Source: a virus
UHGV virus genome: UHGV-0135983
Reading direction: 5' to 3' (one strand)
DNA length: 35,851 nucleotides
Part shown: positions 23,521 to 30,424 of the stretch, piece after piece
How the letters are laid out: each line of letters begins with the position of its first letter
Numbering within the stretch: the first letter of the stretch is position 1
Position numbers and translations under genes: made by a program
Notes under the pieces: generated by a model
Told to the model about the DNA's origin: nothing
Databases searched by the model: none
Seen by the model: the letters and a program-made list of their open reading frames with translations, nothing else

Positions 23521-23699
23521 TGATCATCACCCCATTCGTCATAAAAAAAATCATCAACTCGCTTATATGCCTCGTAAGCGGCTTCAATCTCCATTTCTGT
23601 GATATCGAATGATTTACCATTTAATTCGACGATTAATTCCAGCGCGTCGCCCCAATCTTCGAGCGACGCGGTTCTTTTGGTTGCGCTAAAATCTGCCAT
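23517..23699 (-). CDS. Small acidic hypothetical protein
   Basis: The protein is 60 aa and is coupled on both sides. Confidence 0.45.
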   Translation of the reverse strand: MADFSATKRTASLEDWGDALELIVELNGKSFDITEMEIEAAYEAYKRVDDFFYDEWGDDQ

Positions 23700-24290
23700 C
23701 TATGCTACCTCCCCGATATATTCTGCAATGCCCGGCAGCAGCGCCACCGCTGGCGATTCACACTGGTTGCCCCACACGTCGAAACCATGCGACGACTGGC
23801 GGGCGAATAACTCAATACGCGGTACATCGCCCAGCAGCTGCACCAGCTTTTCGCGCACGATATCCGGTTTGCGCGAATGCTCCAGACGCGGGGCCGTGAA
23901 TGACTGAACGATCCCGGCATCCAGCCGGGCGGGTAATTTCCCCTGCACAGCGAAAAGGCAATCTTCACTGTTCGCCCTGGTCATATGGCCCATTCCTATG
24001 GCCAGTTTGTCGGTCTGCCGGCTGTAGCATTTGTTCCACGTAAAGCCTTTCATGGTCATCAGGCGGAAGCCCCACGCCTCGACTACTCGCAACGCCTCCA
24101 GCGGCTGAGTCGGTACCCACCACATAGCCAGCAGGCAGTTTTCAGCGGCCAGTTCCCAGACCGGAAGACGGCAGATATCGAGCACAGTCATGGTCTGGTA
24201 TTTATGCCCGACGCCACGCTCGCCATCTTTGGCTTTATCGCGGTACGTCCAGGGCGGATCGCAATAAATTAAAGTGTATTTTTCATTCAT
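23700..24290 (-). CDS. MT-A70 family N6-adenine methyltransferase
   Basis: IYCDPPWTY carries the DPPW motif. The protein is 196 aa. Confidence 0.8.
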   Translation of the reverse strand: MNEKYTLIYCDPPWTYRDKAKDGERGVGHKYQTMTVLDICRLPVWELAAENCLLAMWWVPTQPLEALRVVEAWGFRLMTMKGFTWNKCYSRQTDKLAIGMGHMTRANSEDCLFAVQGKLPARLDAGIVQSFTAPRLEHSRKPDIVREKLVQLLGDVPRIELFARQSSHGFDVWGNQCESPAVALLPGIAEYIGEVA

Positions 24291-24817
24291 TATTTCGAAT
24301 CCTTAATAATATTGGCAACACGATTAAATGATTCATACGTTTCAATGTTTCTTGAGAAATTAAGGAGCCTTGTCTTACCAGATGGATAAACCCGACCTGA
24401 ATAAGTCTTGTTCTGCGTTCTAAATTCAATTGTTTGTTTTATAGAACCAATATTTTTATCACTAACAATCTCACTAGCAGCCATAAAACCCACTTTTTCC
24501 TCTTCAATTACAACGAACGCGTAAAAGTCACAGGAACCATAATTAGTTGCTCTGCAAGTTCCTTTCCCTGTTCTGGTGCTGAACCGAAAAACATTCTTCG
24601 ACTTTCCATAGTCGCGCATACACAAGGTTGTTCTGACTTGCCCTCTTAATAAATACTCGCCAGATTGAACAACTATATCGTATGGCAATCCTTGGTCTGA
24701 GGGGAAACATATAAAACCCTGCTTACTGAGTTTAAATATGGCGTAATACTCACCACATTTGCCAAGTTCTAACTCGCTCGAAAAATCGCTTATGTTTATA
24801 TCAATAGTCCCATTCAC
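24290..24817 (-). CDS. PD-(D/E)XK nuclease-fold protein (PDDEXK_5-like), AT-rich
   Basis: The pattern is GKCGEYYAIFKLSKQGF...PYDIVV...LRGQVRT...CDFYAFVV, i.e. E ... D ... Q-V-[K>R]. Its stop overlaps the MT-A70 ATG (TAATG). Confidence 0.6.
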   Translation of the reverse strand: MNGTIDINISDFSSELELGKCGEYYAIFKLSKQGFICFPSDQGLPYDIVVQSGEYLLRGQVRTTLCMRDYGKSKNVFRFSTRTGKGTCRATNYGSCDFYAFVVIEEEKVGFMAASEIVSDKNIGSIKQTIEFRTQNKTYSGRVYPSGKTRLLNFSRNIETYESFNRVANIIKDSK

Positions 24818-24984
24818 GCCAGCACCCCGCTACTGCGGAGATATTCCAGCGCCCACTGCGCAACCTCACATCCAGCCCATATCAGAGCGATAATGACTAT
24901 CCAGCCAACCACGTTTGCACTGAGTACAAACAGCATCAGCGTCCTGCGGCTGCAATGCATAAAATCAGGTGTTGAAAATTTCAT
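24814..24984 (-). CDS. Small single-TM membrane protein
   Basis: The ATG at 24984 (ATGA coupling, GGGAGAAG SD) gives MKFSTPDF...LMLFVLSANVVGWIVIIALIWAG. Confidence 0.45.
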   Translation of the reverse strand: MKFSTPDFMHCSRRTLMLFVLSANVVGWIVIIALIWAGCEVAQWALEYLRSSGVLA

Positions 24985-25214
24985 GTCCGCTTCTCCCGCC
25001 AAAAATTTAATCGTTCTTTGAAAAACTCTCGGTAGCTTTCCGGCGTCGCTGCAATCTGCTCAACGATGGCCTGTCGAGTAACTTTCTTCTCGAACAGCTG
25101 GCGTATGAGTGCCGAGGCGCGCATGTCGTAGTGCTCTTTGATCTGGCACTCCTGCGGCCATTTGGCGCGATTGAGCGGTAAGCCGGGCGGCAAGTAATCT
25201 GATTGCCCGGCCAT
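24981..25214 (-). CDS. Hypothetical protein
   Basis: The protein is 77 aa and lies in the operon with coupled ends. Confidence 0.5.
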   Translation of the reverse strand: MAGQSDYLPPGLPLNRAKWPQECQIKEHYDMRASALIRQLFEKKVTRQAIVEQIAATPESYREFFKERLNFWREKRT

Positions 25215-25217
25215 GCC

Positions 25218-25886
25218 TTATGCCCTCTTGTTCTTCGCTGACTCGATGTAATAACGGGGATCAACGCTGTTAAGCGTGAAGTGAACCACCGGCATATCGT
25301 CGTGACGGGTGATACCCACGTAATTCGACATGAACATGCCGAACACGCGATCGTGAAGTTCTTTAATCGTCACCTGACAATCTGGATAGTGCTTCTGGAT
25401 TAATGCCAGGATGCCCTGGTAAGAAAGCGTTTTGCCTTTCATCACGGCTACCAGCTGCTGCGCGGTGACGCTCCCGGCGTCCTGCTGTTCGTCGCTGGCC
25501 TGCAATGGGCGGATACTCTCCAGCACCAGACGGTGACGGCCAATACTGCCGACGCGCTGGCCCGTTTTTTTATCGAAATGCTCATTGGAGCCAGCAGACC
25601 AGACGGTCGCACCTTCGCTAAGGCGAACGCTTTTTTCACCTCTGGAATAAATCACGGTGCCGATGTGGGTTTTACGCCTGCGGCCGGAAACCGTAGGGGC
25701 GATAATTTCACGCTTAATCGGTTTTTGCGGGGTGATGCCGGGTACAGGGGCCGGACGTGGCGCCGCTACGAACACGGAACGGCTACGGGCGCGCGCGCCG
25801 GCGTTCATGCGCCAGAGAATAACGGGGAGCCAGTTGCAGCCATCATCCGGTTTTACTGGTTTTGGGTAATTTAAATTCGTGGTCAT
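25218..25886 (-). CDS. Hypothetical protein (222 aa)
   Basis: The ATG is preceded by the conserved GAGGAAAGACCAATG cassette. Confidence 0.6.
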   Translation of the reverse strand: MTTNLNYPKPVKPDDGCNWLPVILWRMNAGARARSRSVFVAAPRPAPVPGITPQKPIKREIIAPTVSGRRRKTHIGTVIYSRGEKSVRLSEGATVWSAGSNEHFDKKTGQRVGSIGRHRLVLESIRPLQASDEQQDAGSVTAQQLVAVMKGKTLSYQGILALIQKHYPDCQVTIKELHDRVFGMFMSNYVGITRHDDMPVVHFTLNSVDPRYYIESAKNKRA

Positions 25887-25906
25887 TGGTCTTTCCTCGG
25901 TTAAAT

Positions 25907-25923
25907 CGCGCTGGTCAGGCGCG
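25907..25923 (-). promoter_or_regulatory. Hairpin with CUGACCA loop immediately after the dnaB stop
   Basis: Minus strand reads CGCGC, CUGACCA, GCGCG. Confidence 0.45.
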
Positions 25924-25924
25924 G

Positions 25925-27331
25925 TTAAAATGCATCGGTATTGAATTTCTCAGAGTATTTACGGGGTTGTTTCCGGGGTTTCGCGGCCTCCAGTTGGATA
26001 CGTGTTTTCTCTTTGCCAACATGCTGATCCATTGACAGAAAGTGTCCGTTTTTAAATTCCTGATAAATAATTGCTCCTGCGGCGCTGAAGCGGCTTTTAC
26101 CCAGGATAATTTCAGCGACGCCAGCCGCCGGGCTTTCCGGGTTGTAAACCTCATCGCGGTACAGAAACATGATGCTGTCGGCGTCCTGCTCAATGGATCC
26201 GGAATCACGCAGGTCTGACATGACCGGGCGACGCTGAGCCGCAGGGCGGGAATCGACGGCGCGGGAAAGCTGGCTAAGCGCGAACGTCGGCGTATGCAGG
26301 CGCATAGCCATAGTTTTTAGGTTTCGGGATATGTGGGCGATCGCAAGGTCGTTACGCTCTGCCTTCGGTTTTTTAATCAGGCCAACGTAATCGACAACGA
26401 TCATCGCCAGATGCGGATACCGGCGCTTATGCGTTTCGGCAACGGCGCGGATTTGCTCAATCGTCAGATCGGTAGCATCAACGATCCAGATATCGCGCCC
26501 GTTCATGGTCTCCATGGCCGCTGTAAAGCGCGCCCAGTCCTCGTCCTGCATATCGAGGGGATTACGCAGGCGTGACACTGACATGTTTCCAGAACCCGCC
26601 AGAGAGCGTTCTACGATTTGCGCAGCGGCCATTTCCATGCTGAATATCAACGCGCCACCGCCGGCAGCGGTAACACCATCGACAATCTTCAGCGCAAATT
26701 CTGTTTTACCCATACCCGGACGCCCAGCGACGACAATCAAATCCTGCAGGTTAATTCCGCCGGTCGCATCGTCCAGTTCCTCGATCCCGGTTTTCAGGTT
26801 TCGGGTGCCCTCTTCGCCGTCCATGCGCTTCTGCATGGTTTCCATGTACACCGGCAATAATTCGCTCATGTGTACCGGCTGCACGTCGCCAGTGTCGCCG
26901 GTCATGTCCAGCAGCTGCGCAACGGCAGTTTCGACAACCTGATCGCGCTGTTCCTGGTTTATCGCATCACGAATACCATCCGCACCATCCTGCAGTAATT
27001 GCGCGATGGTTCTGCTTCGCCAGGCCTTAACCATTTTTTTGGCGTAGCCTTTGAGATTGACAATCGATGTCGGGAATTTGCAAATATCGGCGAGATTGGC
27101 CAGCGTCCCCTGTCCGCCAATGGCTTCGCTAATGTACATCATGTCAATTAAGCCGCCGCTCAAGGCCTGCGCTTTGATCACACCGTAAATCTGCCTGTAG
27201 TATGCGACGCTGAAAGCTTCGCTCGGAGTGCTGGCAATCACATCAAAGGCGTCTGGCGTGGCGCCACCGTTCATCAGGCAGCCAAGAACCAGACATTCCA
27301 GCTCCTGAGTGGAATACATCATCTGCATCAT
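25925..27331 (-). CDS. dnaB: Replicative DNA helicase (DnaB family)
   Basis: Walker A is GRPGMGKT. It has the typical DnaB C-terminal RecA-like domain, including IEQDADSIMFLYRDEVY. The protein is 468 aa. Confidence 0.9.
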   Translation of the reverse strand: MMQMMYSTQELECLVLGCLMNGGATPDAFDVIASTPSEAFSVAYYRQIYGVIKAQALSGGLIDMMYISEAIGGQGTLANLADICKFPTSIVNLKGYAKKMVKAWRSRTIAQLLQDGADGIRDAINQEQRDQVVETAVAQLLDMTGDTGDVQPVHMSELLPVYMETMQKRMDGEEGTRNLKTGIEELDDATGGINLQDLIVVAGRPGMGKTEFALKIVDGVTAAGGGALIFSMEMAAAQIVERSLAGSGNMSVSRLRNPLDMQDEDWARFTAAMETMNGRDIWIVDATDLTIEQIRAVAETHKRRYPHLAMIVVDYVGLIKKPKAERNDLAIAHISRNLKTMAMRLHTPTFALSQLSRAVDSRPAAQRRPVMSDLRDSGSIEQDADSIMFLYRDEVYNPESPAAGVAEIILGKSRFSAAGAIIYQEFKNGHFLSMDQHVGKEKTRIQLEAAKPRKQPRKYSEKFNTDAF

Positions 27332-28311
27332 AAAGCGCCCTCCCTGGTCTTACGCAATGTCTCTGGTTTCATCAGATAGTCAAAGCTGGCGCGCCATCCG
27401 CCATTTTCACCAAAGTAAAAATCGGAGGCGTCAGCGCGGAATTTTTCGAAATAGCCCAGAAATGCGCCCGTGGTTTTGTTTTTCATATGGGCGGCCAGAC
27501 GGGTGATCATCCGGCGGCGGTCTGTGTCCAGTTCAGCAGCAGGCAGAACGTCAGCAAAAATTTCGTTGTAGCCGTTCATAACGGCTTCCGGATCAATATC
27601 GGTTTCGGTCACCGCCCATGCTTCAGCGTCAGCGAGATAACCATCAAAGCGGTTTACCCGGCAGATGTTCGCTGGCTTCGGCAGGCTATCGCCACGGCGG
27701 CGCCATGTGGCCAGCACCCAGCGGATAACTAACTGCAATTCGTCCAGGGTGTACCCTTCCCGGGTGGTGGTCGGCGTCAGCATCATCACAAACGGTTTCA
27801 GGTCACGGCAGCGGGTACCGGTTTGCTCGTTGTAAAATTCCAGCGCTTTTTTAGCATCAGAATTAATTTTTTCATCGCCTTCCCCCGTCTGGGGGTTAGG
27901 GGGATCTTTAGGTTCTATGACTGGTTCAAAAGAGTGACTGGTTCTGGTGCCGCCACACGGCATAGGGGCTATGCTTTTTGGCGGCATACCTGTGCTTTCT
28001 GACGGCATAGGGGCTATGCTTTTTGGCGGCATAGGGTTATCAAGTTTCATACAGTACAAATTCGACGCGTTACCCTTCCCGTTTTTTACGCCCGGGCGAT
28101 TTTCTTTCACCAGCAGGCCCATGGAAATTAACGCATCGATATGGTCACGCACCGCGCTTTTGCTGCACTCGCAGTGATCCGCAATATGTTTGTAAGACGG
28201 CCAGCATTCGCCGTAATCATTGGCGTTATCAGCCAGTTTGATCAGCACCAGTTTTCGAATCGGGTTTCCGGTCTTGATTGCCATTGCTTTGGCCATAAGC
28301 GTCATACTCAT
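27328..28311 (-). CDS. Replication initiator: N-terminal winged-HTH plus phage conserved C-terminal domain
   Basis: The ATG at 28311 follows the upstream stop. The N-terminus is KLVLIKLADNANDYGECWPSYKHIADHCECSKSAVRDHIDALISMGLL. An ATGA overlap links it to dnaB. Confidence 0.75.
   Translation of the reverse strand: MSMTLMAKAMAIKTGNPIRKLVLIKLADNANDYGECWPSYKHIADHCECSKSAVRDHIDALISMGLLVKENRPGVKNGKGNASNLYCMKLDNPMPPKSIAPMPSESTGMPPKSIAPMPCGGTRTSHSFEPVIEPKDPPNPQTGEGDEKINSDAKKALEFYNEQTGTRCRDLKPFVMMLTPTTTREGYTLDELQLVIRWVLATWRRRGDSLPKPANICRVNRFDGYLADAEAWAVTETDIDPEAVMNGYNEIFADVLPAAELDTDRRRMITRLAAHMKNKTTGAFLGYFEKFRADASDFYFGENGGWRASFDYLMKPETLRKTREGAL
27958..28033. repeat. Iteron-like repeats inside the initiator gene (putative ori)
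   Basis: The 31-bp unit CGGCATAGGGGCTATGCTTTTTGGCGGCATA occurs twice (27958-27988 and 28003-28033). This gives four CGGCATA cores at about 22-23 bp spacing. An AT-rich patch at about 27861-27892 lies next to them. Confidence 0.6.
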
Positions 28312-28313
28312 AG

Positions 28314-28535
28314 TCAAATCCCCAGCGAGTCAGCCAACTGACGGCAGGCGATTTCGTATTCTTTCTGGGTGAGTCCCGCTTCCTGCAGGTCTGCCTTGCG
28401 CAGTTCATAGCGTTCCCAGATTGTCAGCGCAGTAGCGCGACGCTCTTCGAAAATCGATTCGATATCTTCCATCGGGACTTGTACCCCGTTCCGGCGAAAC
28501 CCATTCCGCCAGGTGATGCGGTCTTGTGTTCTCAT
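28314..28535 (-). CDS. Small protein with Arg-rich N-terminus
   Basis: The ATG at 28535 follows the GAGGAAAGACCAATG cassette and gives MRTQDRITWRNGFRRNG... Confidence 0.5.
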   Translation of the reverse strand: MRTQDRITWRNGFRRNGVQVPMEDIESIFEERRATALTIWERYELRKADLQEAGLTQKEYEIACRQLADSLGI

Positions 28536-28555
28536 TGGTCTTTCCTCGGTACAGG

Positions 28556-29002
28556 TTAAACGCTGGTCAGGCGCTGTGTTTCTCGCATAGCTTGCAATGC
28601 TCTGGCGACTTGCTGCGGCCCGTCTCTGGCGTCGAGTAACAACGCGATAATCGCCGCTGCAAACTCGCGAATGGCCACACAAATTAAATACTGGGTGGAC
28701 ATACCCAAGCGCGCGTAACGTTCTGCCGGCAGCGCCGCTTCCATCGCTTTGACCAGCGCCAGAGTTTTGGCTCTCGCGGCTTTGGTCTCGCCTCGCAACC
28801 AACGAAAAATTTGTTGGCGGTTATTGTTGATTGCCCGCCAGTCGGCGTTTCCATCTGCATCTTCGATCTGGTGCAGCTTCAGCGAACCGGTATTACCACC
28901 AAGACGAAACCACATGCGGCTTATCTCGATAGCAACCAGCTCCTGCCCGCTTTCCGCTGCCCAGTTAAAGATCTCTCGTTTAAGTTCTTCGAGGTATTCC
29001 AC
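28556..29002 (-). CDS. CII-like / YdaT-family regulatory protein
   Basis: The protein is 148 aa with a GTG start after GGAG. It lies directly downstream of the YdaS/Cro-like gene, as in the Rac ydaS-ydaT pair. Confidence 0.5.
   Translation of the reverse strand: MEYLEELKREIFNWAAESGQELVAIEISRMWFRLGGNTGSLKLHQIEDADGNADWRAINNNRQQIFRWLRGETKAARAKTLALVKAMEAALPAERYARLGMSTQYLICVAIREFAAAIIALLLDARDGPQQVARALQAMRETQRLTSV
28559..28575 (-). promoter_or_regulatory. Hairpin with CUGACCA loop at the 3' end of the CII-like gene
   Basis: Minus-strand RNA reads AGCGC, CUGACCA, GCGUU. It includes a G.U pair that would be an A.C mismatch on the other strand. Confidence 0.45.
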
Positions 29003-29023
29003 TTCGAGCGTCTCCTGTCGCTG

Positions 29024-29044
29024 AAAATTGATTAAGCGTAATCA
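29024..29044 (-). terminator. Weak tR1-like hairpin between cro-like and cII-like genes
   Basis: Minus strand reads TGATTA, CGCT, TAATCA, then ATTTTC. The stem is AT-rich and only 6 bp. Confidence 0.3.
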
Positions 29045-29064
29045 GATTTCGATAACGCCTGTAG

Positions 29065-29262
29065 TTATGCTTTAGACGTGTTTTGCTCTTCGTAAAAAGT
29101 AGGGTCGTATTTCAAGGCGCCTGCAGTTACATGCTCAAGTCGCGCAGCTCGCTTTTCAGGAACAACAGCACCCCAGCGGGTTACAGCGACTTGAGAGATA
29201 CCTAATGCACGCGCAACAGCGGTTTTAGTTCCAAAAAATCTGATAACAGTTTCGGTCTTCAT
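29065..29262 (-). CDS. cro: Cro-like HTH repressor (YdaS family)
   Basis: The HTH is GTKTAVARALGISQVAVTRW. The protein is 65 aa, has an AGGAGAGG SD, and is divergent from the repressor gene. Confidence 0.75.
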   Translation of the reverse strand: MKTETVIRFFGTKTAVARALGISQVAVTRWGAVVPEKRAARLEHVTAGALKYDPTFYEEQNTSKA

Positions 29263-29272
29263 AGTTTCCTCT

Positions 29273-29333
29273 CCTAACGTCAGTTAGGAACATAAATACT
29301 AACGAAAGTTATGTCAAGTTAACTTATATTATG
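29273..29333. promoter_or_regulatory. Immunity switch: three TAAC-N4-GTTA-type operators overlapping divergent promoters
   Basis: O1 is CCTAACGTCAGTTAGG (29273-29288). O2 is ACTAACGAAAGTTATG (29298-29313). O3 is GTTAACTTATATTATG (29318-29333, weaker). The minus-strand PR-like promoter is TTGACA (29317-29312), 17 nt, TATGTT (29294-29289). Confidence 0.6.
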
Positions 29334-29744
29334 GACATGAAAAAATTGACCTTTAACGATCGCATTACATCGAGACGGAAAGAGCTTGGCTTAACCCAAC
29401 AGCAGCTCGCCGATGCCGTTGGCATATCTGGCGTAAGCGTCTACAAGTGGGAAGCAGGTATTAACACCCCAAAAGGGCAAAATCTGTTTTCTCTCGCTGA
29501 GGCTCTTCGTTGCTCTCCGACATGGTTACTTAACGGAACCGATAGCGATGAACCGTTGAAGGCGGAAGACCTTTTACCTCGGTTAGATGATCGCCAAAAG
29601 CTATTGCTTGATCTTTTTGACTCCCTACCTGAATCAGAAAAAGATAGACACATCAATGAGTTGAAAGATAAAGTTGACGGATTCCAGCGATTGTTTGATG
29701 AGTTACTTTTGGTAAAAAAGAAAAAAAACACTCCAAAAAAATAA
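29331..29744 (+). CDS. cI: CI-like XRE-family repressor lacking an S24 peptidase domain
   Basis: The HTH is LTQQQLADAVGISGVSVYKWEAG. The protein is only 137 aa with a helical, charged C-terminus. There is no SD, and TATATT at 29325-29330 would give a leaderless mRNA starting at the second ATG (29337). Confidence 0.8.
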   Translation: MDMKKLTFNDRITSRRKELGLTQQQLADAVGISGVSVYKWEAGINTPKGQNLFSLAEALRCSPTWLLNGTDSDEPLKAEDLLPRLDDRQKLLLDLFDSLPESEKDRHINELKDKVDGFQRLFDELLLVKKKKNTPKK

Positions 29745-29748
29745 ATTA

Positions 29749-29780
29749 AAGGCAATGTTTTCAATGCATTGCCTTTTTTT
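29749..29780 (+). terminator. Intrinsic terminator after the repressor gene
   Basis: The sequence is GGCAATG, a loop, CATTGCC, then TTTTTTT. Confidence 0.7.
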
Positions 29781-29793
29781 ACACCTCAAATAT

Positions 29794-29844
29794 TAACTTT
29801 TGTTAGTAAAAAATATTGCCAATAAAAATACCTTTGGTTATGCT
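29794..29844 (+). promoter_or_regulatory. Fourth operator copy plus candidate promoter(s) for the downstream + strand genes
   Basis: The operator is TTAACTTTTGTTAG (TAAC-N4-GTTA at 29794-29805). One promoter option is TTGTTA-18-AAAAAT. The other is TTGCCA (29816), 17 nt, TATGCT (29839). Confidence 0.4.
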
Positions 29845-29926
29845 TCATCACATCAACGACGCACTAACCACGCGGCAGTTGTTCAGAAACGTTCCGCCGA
29901 CCCGGCGTTAAGGGGGAGGAGAAGTG

Positions 29927-30145
29927 ATGGAAAACGCTGTATTAGGTGCCGTCGGACCAACGCTGAATGTGTTGCTGGATGCACTGAAAGAAGAGAAAGG
30001 AGCCGCCAACGTCGAGGACGTCAAAGCGGTCATCCAGGTTATCAGTGAAGTTGTAGGCAAGTGCGATGGTGATCTGGCTACTGGTTACGCGGTTTGGGAT
30101 GAACTGCTGAATGCGGTGTTACGACATATTTCGACAAAGGGTTAA
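29927..30145 (+). CDS. Hypothetical acidic 72-aa protein in the immunity-adjacent slot
   Basis: A strong GGGGGAGGAG SD precedes the ATG at 29927. Confidence 0.5.
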   Translation: MENAVLGAVGPTLNVLLDALKEEKGAANVEDVKAVIQVISEVVGKCDGDLATGYAVWDELLNAVLRHISTKG

Positions 30146-30320
30146 GGCTAATACCCTCTGGTGGGTATAACTCTCGATTGATTCTCACGACTGCTGACAT
30201 GAAATCTACACGGTTATCAATCGGCATCGTAGACAAAATTACTGTCAATAATACCTGGTGTGCTTTCAGCTCTTCTCTGACTGCAGCTAGCTCAGATTTA
30301 AGTTGTTCAAGTTCCGACAT
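30078..30320 (-). CDS. Hypothetical 80-aa protein with an N-terminal coiled-coil, convergent with and overlapping the previous gene
   Basis: The ATG at 30320 follows AAGGG and gives a protein-like sequence, MSELEQLKSELAAVREELKAHQ... I could not find a convincing promoter. Confidence 0.35.
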   Translation of the reverse strand: MSELEQLKSELAAVREELKAHQVLLTVILSTMPIDNRVDFMSAVVRINRELYPPEGISLNPLSKYVVTPHSAVHPKPRNQ

Positions 30321-30424
30321 TTGTAATCCCTTTTGCTGTTGTTGGAATGGCAAAGGTAGCACGACCGGGCGTGTTGAAAAATCCCGGAACTGAATTCTTC
30401 GGGTCGCCGACAGTACGATGACAT

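Noticed and set aside
27958-28033. Direct repeats here and at 30557-30661, considered as a possible CRISPR array.
   Set aside because: There are only two copies each. The first set lies in frame inside a protein-coding gene, and the second is imperfect with no uniform repeat/spacer periodicity. No cas genes are present. They are better explained as iterons and as a hairpin array.
30178-30393. 71-aa + strand ORF (Ser/Cys-rich) in the immunity-adjacent region.
   Set aside because: Its composition (runs of S and C, CCCW) and the lack of an SD indicate the antisense shadow of the more protein-like minus-strand ORF at 30078-30320.
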